This document shows, piece by piece, positions 15,162 through 23,310 of a stretch of DNA of 64,000 nt. The number at the start of each line of letters is the position of its first letter. Position 1 is the first letter of the stretch. The stretch is from a virus, in IMG/VR virus record IMGVR_UViG_3300038701_001123, positions 165-64,164 of that record; one strand, written 5' to 3'. Made by a program: the position numbers and the translations under genes. The notes below the pieces were generated by a model, which was given only the letters and a program-made list of their open reading frames with translations, was not told the origin of the DNA and ran no database searches.

Positions 15162-17221
15162 GACGGGCCACACTCCGTGTCTACTTTGAAAGGAACAAGC
15201 GGGTCACACCGCTCAGTGATACAATCCCGCATGATGTCACCAGCGGTGACTGCTTCGGCGACCGAACCATAGCTGCCATCTGTCTCATCATGCACTTGGA
15301 GTTGAAGGTAGTAGCCAGCGCGGTCTAGTTCCACGATAGCGAGTTTAGTTTGGTCTGCGCTGGAGCCTTGGATCACACGGTTCAGAGCCTTGTGAGTATA
15401 GTCATAGCTGCCATCATCACGCTGTTCAAAGTGAAGGTGCCGACCAAGGATTGTCTTGACGTAGCCATTGGCCTCAGCGCGTTCTGTGGCGGTTTTAGCC
15501 AGCTTACCAACGAACGGCGCTTCTCTGTCAAACTTGTCTAGGATCTCCTGACCTTCTTCACCCGCCATTTCCTTGACAAAGCCAGTGCCAGTTTCCATGC
15601 GAGCAGCCATAGCGTCCATTCGGGTTTCATAGAACTCTACACGGCGCTCACGACCCCATCCAGATATATGTCCCCAGCGGGTAGGCTTGCCGATATCGTG
15701 ACATAGCTTGGCCCCGCCTTCTCCATAGCAAAGCCCAAGGTAGATAGCCTTGGAGAAACCGCGTTCCACTTTGTAAATCCCCTTCGGATCTTCGGCCAGC
15801 CACATTTCCACTTGGGCATCACCATTCACCAGTCGAGTCATCATATCGTGGTTATCAGTGGATGGGTCTTCTCTGTACCGGCGAGCAGCCTCTGCCGCTT
15901 TCGGTAGATCAAGCACGGCGGCGAAGTGAGTTGTCCAGCGCGGTTCCTGTTGTGAGTAGTCGTTACAGCCCCAAATCGCTCCCTCTTCTGGTATGAAGAT
16001 CTTGCGCCATTCACCAGCAATAACCGGATCACGGTCTGGTGAAGGTTGCTGTTGGAGGTTCGGGTGGGTTGCTGAGAGTCTGCCGTACCGAACACCTTTC
16101 TGATCCCCGGCTTCATCTTCTCGCGCAATTTGGTGGAATTGACAGTGGATCTTGCCATTGACTTGGTAGCGGTGAATTGATGCGGCGAAAGTAGTTCTGA
16201 TCTTGTTGACTTTGCGGGCATGGAGAATGGCATTGGGAACCGGGTGTTCACTGCCTCCGAGCAGAGCCTTGTCAATCTGTGGTGCGCCGGTACTGGTTTT
16301 CTTCAGACGCATGCCGATGGCTTCGAGAGCAGGAGCCAGAGCATTGGGCTTCCACACGTTATCCATACCGATGTCTACGCCAGTGGCGTCTTTGACTTGC
16401 TTGACTGCTTTCTTTTCTTCACTGAGAGCCCATTGTTCGATCTCATCCAGCTTGTCGAAATCAATCCGGACACCACGACGTCTCATGCGAACCAGCACAG
16501 GTAGAACATCGCTTTCCAGATCCCAGATCTGTCGCATACCCATGCGGTCTATGATCTCTTCCTGCTTACGAAGGATCTCCAGCGGTGAAGCCACGTCCTG
16601 CTCACCATAAGCACCAACATATCGACCGGGAAGACGCCACAGCCCTTTCTTTGGGTCAAGACCATGCGCTCTCGCTGCTTCCACCAGCATTGTGTCATCT
16701 TTGGCTTCGATGCCGTAACGCTTACCGATGTTCGCTAGAGAGTAGGAGAAATGAAGTTCGTAGATAAGTGGGTCTGCGATTTGAATATCGCGGAACCTCG
16801 CATTCTTATTCCACTCAAATCCATCATTGTATCCATAGTCGACATCATACGCCAGATTTGCTCCAACGTACTCTCCCTCGAAATGCTTGATCTGCGACCG
16901 CAGATAGCGAAGGGCTTCGTCTTCTGGAATGTTATCACCGCCTTCGTGTCTAAACGGAAGGTAGTGTTTTGGACCACCGTCAATGGCGAAAGCCCATCCG
17001 ACGGTATACCCATCACGCATCTGACCAGAGCCGAGGTTGTTTCCGATTGATGGATCTCTGGTCTCTGCATCGATAGCTATCCTTTTGGCACCAGCCCAAG
17101 AGGGGAGGTCGCTGATCCTGGGAGGACGCCAGTCAGTTTCAGGCATAAAGAAGCCCATCTGAATTGGCGCTGTCCCATCATTGAGTGCTTTCGCATGTGC
17201 CTGTTTAGTCTGCTTCGCCAT
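15143..17221 (-). CDS. polA: Family A DNA polymerase with 3'-5' exonuclease
   Basis: ExoI DAET; GRLSATHPNLQQ; motif A DYSQQEPR; motif B KAIYLGLCYG; motif C QVHDE. Confidence 0.95.
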   Translation of the reverse strand: MAKQTKQAHAKALNDGTAPIQMGFFMPETDWRPPRISDLPSWAGAKRIAIDAETRDPSIGNNLGSGQMRDGYTVGWAFAIDGGPKHYLPFRHEGGDNIPEDEALRYLRSQIKHFEGEYVGANLAYDVDYGYNDGFEWNKNARFRDIQIADPLIYELHFSYSLANIGKRYGIEAKDDTMLVEAARAHGLDPKKGLWRLPGRYVGAYGEQDVASPLEILRKQEEIIDRMGMRQIWDLESDVLPVLVRMRRRGVRIDFDKLDEIEQWALSEEKKAVKQVKDATGVDIGMDNVWKPNALAPALEAIGMRLKKTSTGAPQIDKALLGGSEHPVPNAILHARKVNKIRTTFAASIHRYQVNGKIHCQFHQIAREDEAGDQKGVRYGRLSATHPNLQQQPSPDRDPVIAGEWRKIFIPEEGAIWGCNDYSQQEPRWTTHFAAVLDLPKAAEAARRYREDPSTDNHDMMTRLVNGDAQVEMWLAEDPKGIYKVERGFSKAIYLGLCYGEGGAKLCHDIGKPTRWGHISGWGRERRVEFYETRMDAMAARMETGTGFVKEMAGEEGQEILDKFDREAPFVGKLAKTATERAEANGYVKTILGRHLHFEQRDDGSYDYTHKALNRVIQGSSADQTKLAIVELDRAGYYLQLQVHDETDGSYGSVAEAVTAGDIMRDCITERCDPLVPFKVDTECGPSWGEIK

Positions 17222-17603
17222 TCAAGATCTCCACAATTCTCGCTGCTCGGTTCATAGGTACGGCGGTGACGGAGATCTCCTCTAATTCAACAGTTTGCAG
17301 TTTGCGAAGCCCAGCTTCTTGTTTCTCCTGTCGGCCAGCGTAGCCGATGGAAAGCCCAGAAAGGCAGTGTTCCCTGATCCAGAACTGTGCGTCCTCATCA
17401 AGTACGGTGCCTTCACACCAGAGACCGTAGTCTTTCTCTTGTATTAGATCCCATCGGCCGATGATCTTCGATGAGTCATGCGACAACAGCATCGGCCTGA
17501 CATATGTGAATTTCTTGAGATCTGCCACGAAGCAGCCTTTGACGGTCACATCGTTATGACTATCACTCTCCCCGAATACCGAGGCCCACCCTTTGATGAT
17601 CAT
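17205..17603 (-). CDS. HK97-type prohead protease (S78-like), outside head module
   Basis: IKGWASVFG..D, MLLSHD...IGRW, GLSIGY, EEISVTAVPMN..ARI. Confidence 0.8.
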   Translation of the reverse strand: MIIKGWASVFGESDSHNDVTVKGCFVADLKKFTYVRPMLLSHDSSKIIGRWDLIQEKDYGLWCEGTVLDEDAQFWIREHCLSGLSIGYAGRQEKQEAGLRKLQTVELEEISVTAVPMNRAARIVEILNGEAD

Positions 17604-18277
17604 TATTCGTCACCTTCATAGCCAAATGGGGCGGGATGGTTGATTTTCCCGACGCCTGTGGACGCGCTGGATGCCGGGGGCTGGGTGGTAGCACCACCAG
17701 CACGTCCAGCGGCCCCGGTTTTAGCGGGCTGTGGCCGCTTTAGGCCAGTGGTGGGGGCAGGGGTAGCCCCGGCACCGGCCCGCGCTTGTGCGGCCTCTAC
17801 AGCGTTCCTAAGTATCTGCTCGGCCAGCCCGATCGCAACGGCAAGGTCGCCTTCATTCTGCCAACCGGCAACCGCCAGCATGAAATTCGTTTCCAGCGGT
17901 GAAAGCTGATTGCTTTCGCAGAACCGATTGGTATTCATGATAGCCAGATGGGCGAGTGAGCGATTGGCTCCGACCACAGTCGACCAGTTCTTGAGGCGCT
18001 TCTCCAGAAATGCCTCTTTGGCCTTGGTGAGATAATGGATGCCCTTCTGGACGTCCTGCACACCGTTCTTCTTGTTCCAGCGTGTGACATACTTCGTGGC
18101 TGCGCTTTCAAGATAACCGAGCCGGATATCGATAGACCAGTCCCAATGCTGATAGTCGCTTTGGTAGTGATTACCGCCGACTTGATATTCACTGGCAGAT
18201 TTCTTGCAGTTGCATTCTGCCCCGTCCCACAATTGCTTTCCGCAATCGCAGAACTTTACATCACGATCATGGCTCAT
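17603..18277 (-). CDS. DUF3310/SaV-like nucleotide kinase-type protein with low-complexity C-tail
   Basis: YQVGGNHY, AATKYVTRWNKKNGVQDVQKGIHYL. Confidence 0.75.
   Translation of the reverse strand: MSHDRDVKFCDCGKQLWDGAECNCKKSASEYQVGGNHYQSDYQHWDWSIDIRLGYLESAATKYVTRWNKKNGVQDVQKGIHYLTKAKEAFLEKRLKNWSTVVGANRSLAHLAIMNTNRFCESNQLSPLETNFMLAVAGWQNEGDLAVAIGLAEQILRNAVEAAQARAGAGATPAPTTGLKRPQPAKTGAAGRAGGATTQPPASSASTGVGKINHPAPFGYEGDE
17660..17701 (+). repeat. Bipartite element copy A: GGACGCGCTGGA-N21-ACCACCAGC
   Basis: Direct read; embedded in coding sequence. Confidence 0.85.
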
Positions 18278-18495
18278 TGCATAACCTCTAGCTTCTTGCG
18301 GAGATCAGCGGCCAGAAGAGGATACTCTTCTTCACACGCATCAGCGTAGGCAGCGATCGCAGCAGCGGCGAACGGATCATGGTCCAGATCCAGGACAAAG
18401 TATTCACAGCCGACATGCTTGCCTCCAGGCTCTGACTGGCCGTCTGTGCGTTCAACGTGGAACTTGCGGTAGATACCTTTGTCTTTCTGTCCCAT
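18274..18495 (-). CDS. Conserved phage hypothetical protein
   Basis: YFVLDLDHDPFAAAAIAAYADAC motif. Confidence 0.7.
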   Translation of the reverse strand: MGQKDKGIYRKFHVERTDGQSEPGGKHVGCEYFVLDLDHDPFAAAAIAAYADACEEEYPLLAADLRKKLEVMQ

Positions 18496-19053
18496 TCAAA
18501 ACTCCATGTCGGGAAGGGTCTGCCAATCAGACTCCTTGATTTCGTAATAGAGGTCGATCAGTTCCACTGGAAACTCATGTTGCTTCTTGATCATGAATTG
18601 TTCGACATATTTCTTTTGGGTTTCCACTGTGCGATTACCAAGCATGAGTTGGTCTTTGCACCAGCAGTAGAACTCGAGCATATCGAGTCCCTTGAGCCAT
18701 TTGATTTCTTCGGGAGTACAAGCTGTCACGCTGTCGCTGCCGAAAACCTCGCTGTTGAGGTACATCTCAATATGACTCTGTCGGTCAAAATTGAGGAGAC
18801 CCATTGCCTTTGCAGGATGAGACATATCGCCGGTGACACGTTCAGGCATGTCGTGTTCAAGGACAGCCCAAACGAGGCGGAGAGGAGCATCCGGCCACAT
18901 GATCCTCAGCATTGTCAGCATGTTGAAACTGTGCATCCCGACATAGTGTGGTAGAGGCGGAGGGGTGCAGTGGGTGCGATGAACATTGGCGGCTTCGCGG
19001 GAATATTTCACCCGCTCCACCAATGTTTCGATTGCGTAGGGTTCCGAGGTCAT
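18496..19053 (-). CDS. HD-domain 5'-deoxynucleotidase (YfbR-like)
   Basis: VGMHS, LEHDMPERVTGD, KGLDMLE; ATGA overlap with TS homolog. Confidence 0.8.
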   Translation of the reverse strand: MTSEPYAIETLVERVKYSREAANVHRTHCTPPPLPHYVGMHSFNMLTMLRIMWPDAPLRLVWAVLEHDMPERVTGDMSHPAKAMGLLNFDRQSHIEMYLNSEVFGSDSVTACTPEEIKWLKGLDMLEFYCWCKDQLMLGNRTVETQKKYVEQFMIKKQHEFPVELIDLYYEIKESDWQTLPDMEF

Positions 19054-20075
19054 ACGTCGCGCCTTTCCAGCCATTCGAGACAAGCCTTGCGCCAGTCGGT
19101 TGCAGCGATACGGTCAGCGAAATATCGAGCCGAGTCCATGAAGTCCGGGGCGTCCTTGTCCTTCCACGCTTCCCACGCTTGGAACATCGGCACCACCACC
19201 TTCTTGAAGAAGGGGTCTTGGAAACCCATGACTGGTCCTTCGGACATGAACATATCCAGATCACGGAACCACGTCTCGATATCAGTGTTCACAATCTGGA
19301 ATGGTTGAACTTCCCCGAGTTCGTACGGAGTGAAGCCGGGGGACAGGTTCAGGAGAGCCTTGTGCTTTTCGAAAGTGTTGAGGTAAGCGTGGAAGTTGCT
19401 GCTGATCTGCCAATAGCGACCAACAGGCACCCCGATCCATGTAGCCATGACTTCCTGGAGAACCGAGAAGTGAACAGCGTTGGCACCGTATGCGCCCCAG
19501 ATCAGATCGTTGCTGCGGTTGAACACAGTCATATCGAGATGGCCTGACGGATTGATCCGGAAGGTTGTCACGAGGTTGCAGGGGAAGTCCTTGCCCATCA
19601 TGCCGAGATCAGCACTGGTGTCCCACATTTGGAGAACAATGCGGCGATCATCAGGGTTCTGCTTGAGAGCAGCAGCAATTGTCTGGAGTTGGTCGATGAT
19701 GCCGACTTTCTGGATCTGACCACCATCAGCTTCCCAGGCTCCAAACCAGTTGCGCCAGCGATATCCGTAAGCGCCGTGGAATGTAACACCATCATCAGAG
19801 AATTGCCCAAAGGTGGAATTGAACCGCTCGATCCAAGCGACATCATTACGACCGGCCAGCATCCACAGGCTTTCCATGAAATGGAAGAACGGATTACAGT
19901 CCCGCTCAGGAAGGAACATAACCCTCTCCCTTGGGTTCTGATACACCGTGGTCAGCGGTGCTTCGAAGGTATAGACCGGACCATTGCGACTGTCGCGGTG
20001 CTTCCCTTCGGCCTTGGTTTTCTTCATGCTGAGGATAAGGGCTTCCTCGACATTTCTCGCATATATGACTTCCAT
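19050..20075 (-). CDS. Thymidylate synthase homolog, probable dUMP hydroxymethylase
   Basis: DFPCN catalytic Cys, RSND..WGAYGAN (Asn at the dUMP-specificity position), FHAY; PNPFF-like CNPFFHFME. Confidence 0.8.
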   Translation of the reverse strand: MEVIYARNVEEALILSMKKTKAEGKHRDSRNGPVYTFEAPLTTVYQNPRERVMFLPERDCNPFFHFMESLWMLAGRNDVAWIERFNSTFGQFSDDGVTFHGAYGYRWRNWFGAWEADGGQIQKVGIIDQLQTIAAALKQNPDDRRIVLQMWDTSADLGMMGKDFPCNLVTTFRINPSGHLDMTVFNRSNDLIWGAYGANAVHFSVLQEVMATWIGVPVGRYWQISSNFHAYLNTFEKHKALLNLSPGFTPYELGEVQPFQIVNTDIETWFRDLDMFMSEGPVMGFQDPFFKKVVVPMFQAWEAWKDKDAPDFMDSARYFADRIAATDWRKACLEWLERRDV

Positions 20076-21346
20076 TACAGGAGAACTCCAAAGTGGTTGA
20101 AAAGGATATCATCGGCCTTGTCTGCTTGTGCAGCAGTGAGAGTGCCTTGGATGACTTCGACGTCGACCTCACCATGAGCAAGATCAATGACCCGCTGTGC
20201 CACAGTCTTGCGATCGAACATGGGCAGTAGATCATTTGCATTGGTCTGATAGCGACTTGCTTCGCTGACAGACATATGGCTCGCCTCTAGAATTGTATCG
20301 GCGTATTCGGCAGGATAAGCATCAGGAGGGATCTCAATGTAATGCTCACCGGCCACAAACAGTTCATCACCCATGCCAGCACGGCGAGCCACAGGGACAG
20401 CACCGCGTATCATGGCGTCGACCACCACACGGTTGAAGTGACCACCGATCTTGGAATAGTTCTTGGACCACGATGGATCCACAAGGATCCGGGCTTCCTC
20501 GAGCCAACTATTCACTTCGTCAGTGTCCCAATAGTCGTGATGGGTCATGCCGTTTTCAAGAGCGGCGTCCCAGAACCGGCGACCATCTTCGTGAAAATAG
20601 GCATCCTTGCATTTGTCTTCGCTGGTCATATAGCGATATTCAATTCCGAGGCCAGCGATCTCGCGCAGTTCATCAGCCTCTTTGGGCGGCATATAGGCGA
20701 TTGCCTCCACCAGTTCATGAACATGCTTCCAGGCTTTGAAAGTCTGCATGTTCACAAAGCCGGGTGATTTGATATGCCATTCTTCAATTGACCGAATAGG
20801 TTCGAATTGAGGGTTCACCACCAGCGCACGAGGAACATCGAAGATTTGAGCACCATTGAGAGCGCAGGGGTGAACACAGGCAAGCCCAGAGAGGTGGTCC
20901 TGCACGGCGACGAGGTGACTGTTGCCTTTTACGGCATTTCCATCGTGAATGAACGCAATCTGCTTAATGCGTTCTGGAAGGTCGTACAACTCGGGCCAGT
21001 CATTATTGCCGAGATTGTTCTTGTTTTTGCTTGGACATGGCACGGTCCAAATGATGAGATCGTAACGTTCGAGGATCTGTTTTGCTCCAGAAAGAGCAGC
21101 ACCACCACGATAAGGAATACGCTCCGTACGATCAAAGTTCCACCCCTTTCCTTGATGATGGGCGATACCGCTAGGGCCGATGCTCCAGTCTGCGGTTTTT
21201 CGCTGAGCGGGCGCATTGAACGCCCATACCATTTCTTTCAGATGAACCTCATGGCCGAGGTCTTGAAGACCGCCGATGAGTTGCTCTGTATGGTTGATAA
21301 TTCCACCAAGGTCCATGCACTGGTGGAGTGCGACTAGTATCTTCAT
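20075..21346 (-). CDS. GT-B fold glycosyltransferase
   Basis: MKILV..GGIINHTEQLIGGLQDLGHEV N-terminus; ILVDPSW...GHFNRVVVDAMIRGAVPV C-terminal motif. Confidence 0.75.
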   Translation of the reverse strand: MKILVALHQCMDLGGIINHTEQLIGGLQDLGHEVHLKEMVWAFNAPAQRKTADWSIGPSGIAHHQGKGWNFDRTERIPYRGGAALSGAKQILERYDLIIWTVPCPSKNKNNLGNNDWPELYDLPERIKQIAFIHDGNAVKGNSHLVAVQDHLSGLACVHPCALNGAQIFDVPRALVVNPQFEPIRSIEEWHIKSPGFVNMQTFKAWKHVHELVEAIAYMPPKEADELREIAGLGIEYRYMTSEDKCKDAYFHEDGRRFWDAALENGMTHHDYWDTDEVNSWLEEARILVDPSWSKNYSKIGGHFNRVVVDAMIRGAVPVARRAGMGDELFVAGEHYIEIPPDAYPAEYADTILEASHMSVSEASRYQTNANDLLPMFDRKTVAQRVIDLAHGEVDVEVIQGTLTAAQADKADDILFNHFGVLL

Positions 21347-21408
21347 TTGGGCTTCTCCGAAACTGCCTGACCACCATAGCGGCCCCGCAGGCAAAAGACA
21401 AGTGTAGT

Positions 21409-21591
21409 TTATCGCTTCCAAATCACCATGATCACAAGGATCAGTGGCCACAGAGGAGCGATGATCAGTAAGATCACACAGGCAAGCCAGCCCAGAGAGC
21501 GACGGTTCTTGGCTGCATAATTCAGGAAGAATAGTTGACTGAGCCCGATATACAGGCTCAGCCAGAAGTTATCAGTCAGCCATTCCAGCAT
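21409..21591 (-). CDS. Small membrane protein
   Basis: Two hydrophobic segments. Confidence 0.55.
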   Translation of the reverse strand: MLEWLTDNFWLSLYIGLSQLFFLNYAAKNRRSLGWLACVILLIIAPLWPLILVIMVIWKR

Positions 21592-22483
21592 AGCGGCTCC
21601 GAGGCTTGCCCTGCCCCAGCCTGACCCGTTCGTACTTGTCGAACTCGCAGAGTTGGAACTGGATATCGTGGGGTGCTAGTTGATCCCATTCACTTGGTAG
21701 GAACAGACCTTGGTTCATAACCAGAGCCTTGATGACATCACCCGCCGCTGTTTCTTTCAGAGGTTTGGCATCATCATCGCCGTTGACCCTTGCTGCTCCA
21801 CGACGAGCACCCGGACCGATTGGCGTCCATTCTGTCCAGTCACAAGGAAAGCTGAATGAACCGTCTACAGGGTGTTCAACCTGATCGTCCCAGAAGCTGG
21901 AATAGGTGGTGTCCAGCAGAATTTCCTTGGTCATGAAGCCAGAGCCTCCGAAACCTTGGATGGTTCGCATTTCGTCAGCCACGAACTCCCAGCACATGGT
22001 CCTTTGGGTGATGTCCATCAGCTTCGGAATCGCCTTCTGCAGAGCCTTGAGAAAGTAGTCGACCACCACTTCTTGCTTAGGAGCGGAGATCCCTTGGTTC
22101 GTGATGACATACGCGCCGGTGAACACCCGTTCTTTGTTTGCCAGTCGGTCTTCGGCGAGGTCTTTGACCCATTCCCAATGGTCTTCATCCATTGCCTCGT
22201 AGTCGGTCCAGCCCAAAGCAGTTGCGAACTCGTGCGTTCCGAAGTAACGGAATGTTGCGGCGTTCATCAGGATACTGCGACGGTCGTCGTGAAAGTGTGG
22301 TCCGTAGAATTGTTCTCTCAACTCCCTGCTGGTCCTATCGTGATGACGATGGACGTTGGTGAACTTGTATCCTTGAAGGATGGGATCATCAGTCCAAGGA
22401 CGAGGAAGGCCCGCCTCCTTTCGAAGACGGACCTTTTCGCGTTCCTCGACAAACTCGAAGAACTGGTTCTGACGATCGAGCAT
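21572..22483 (-). CDS. 5-hmdU DNA kinase helical-domain / aGPT-Pplase1-like protein
   Basis: ERE.VR..KEAGLPRPWTDDPIL..YKFTNV.R..DR, GFGGSGFM..E, D.QF.LCEFDKY.R motifs. Confidence 0.75.
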   Translation of the reverse strand: MLDRQNQFFEFVEEREKVRLRKEAGLPRPWTDDPILQGYKFTNVHRHHDRTSRELREQFYGPHFHDDRRSILMNAATFRYFGTHEFATALGWTDYEAMDEDHWEWVKDLAEDRLANKERVFTGAYVITNQGISAPKQEVVVDYFLKALQKAIPKLMDITQRTMCWEFVADEMRTIQGFGGSGFMTKEILLDTTYSSFWDDQVEHPVDGSFSFPCDWTEWTPIGPGARRGAARVNGDDDAKPLKETAAGDVIKALVMNQGLFLPSEWDQLAPHDIQFQLCEFDKYERVRLGQGKPRSRYAGMAD

Positions 22484-23202
22484 CAGGAAGCGTTGGCCTT
22501 GGCCACTTCCTTGGCCGCTTTCGCATCAGCCTTCTCTTTGGCCTTGCGTTCGCGTTCAGCCGCCTTTTCAGCCTTGGCCTTTTCACGGGCCTCTTTCTTC
22601 TCGGCAGCGGCCTTCTCGCGTTCGGCCTTCGCTTTGGCCCGCTCTTCGGCCTTCAGACGTTTCGCCTCTTCGGGGTCGGTCAGGCCGTGCTTCTTGTACC
22701 ACGCGGCCTTGCGTTCAGCGAATTCTTCGTCCGTCGGCTCGGTCACGGTCATGATGCCTTGACCCTGCCAGTTGTAGACGTCCCAAGGCTCGGTGCCTTC
22801 GGTCTCAATGACATCGACAATGGTCATGCCATCCTTGTAGTTCGGCCAGCGATGCGCCCGCCCCTGAGTACCGTCATGTTCGCCGGTCTTCGAAATGGTC
22901 GAAAACATTTTCTTGGTCGGACGCTTGACAACCTTCGCCTCAGCCGACTTCGCCAGACCACGTTCCTTGGGCGGAGCCTTCGGTTTGGTTTTCTTGGCCT
23001 TGGTATCATCGGTGTTGGAAGCGACCCGCTCCAGGGCTTTCCAGGTCTGCGCTTCGGCAGTGGCCTGATCCTTGAAGCCTTTGACTTCGGCCACACCCAG
23101 ATCGGCGGCGACAGCATTGCGGAGGGTCAGAAGTTCGTCGACGGACATATCTTTCAGCGATGCTTGGGTGTAGTCCTTACCCTGGAAGTTGATCGAGGTC
23201 AT
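22483..23202 (-). CDS. Hypothetical protein with K/A/E-rich coiled-coil C-terminus
   Basis: GGAG RBS; AERAKAKAEREKAAAEKKEAREK... tail. Confidence 0.75.
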   Translation of the reverse strand: MTSINFQGKDYTQASLKDMSVDELLTLRNAVAADLGVAEVKGFKDQATAEAQTWKALERVASNTDDTKAKKTKPKAPPKERGLAKSAEAKVVKRPTKKMFSTISKTGEHDGTQGRAHRWPNYKDGMTIVDVIETEGTEPWDVYNWQGQGIMTVTEPTDEEFAERKAAWYKKHGLTDPEEAKRLKAEERAKAKAEREKAAAEKKEAREKAKAEKAAERERKAKEKADAKAAKEVAKANAS

Positions 23203-23310
23203 AGTTGACTCCATTTCTGTGATATCACGTTGTTGCCTCTTGCAAGGTGGAATAACCCTACGCCATCCGAGCCTTAGAGGCAACAACTATTTGTCTTTGA
23301 GAGACAACTT

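Noticed and set aside
14503-22483. 7-deazaguanine (preQ0) pathway as cause of GA avoidance
   Set aside because: No DpdA, QueC, QueD, QueE or FolE-like genes are recognisable in the window.
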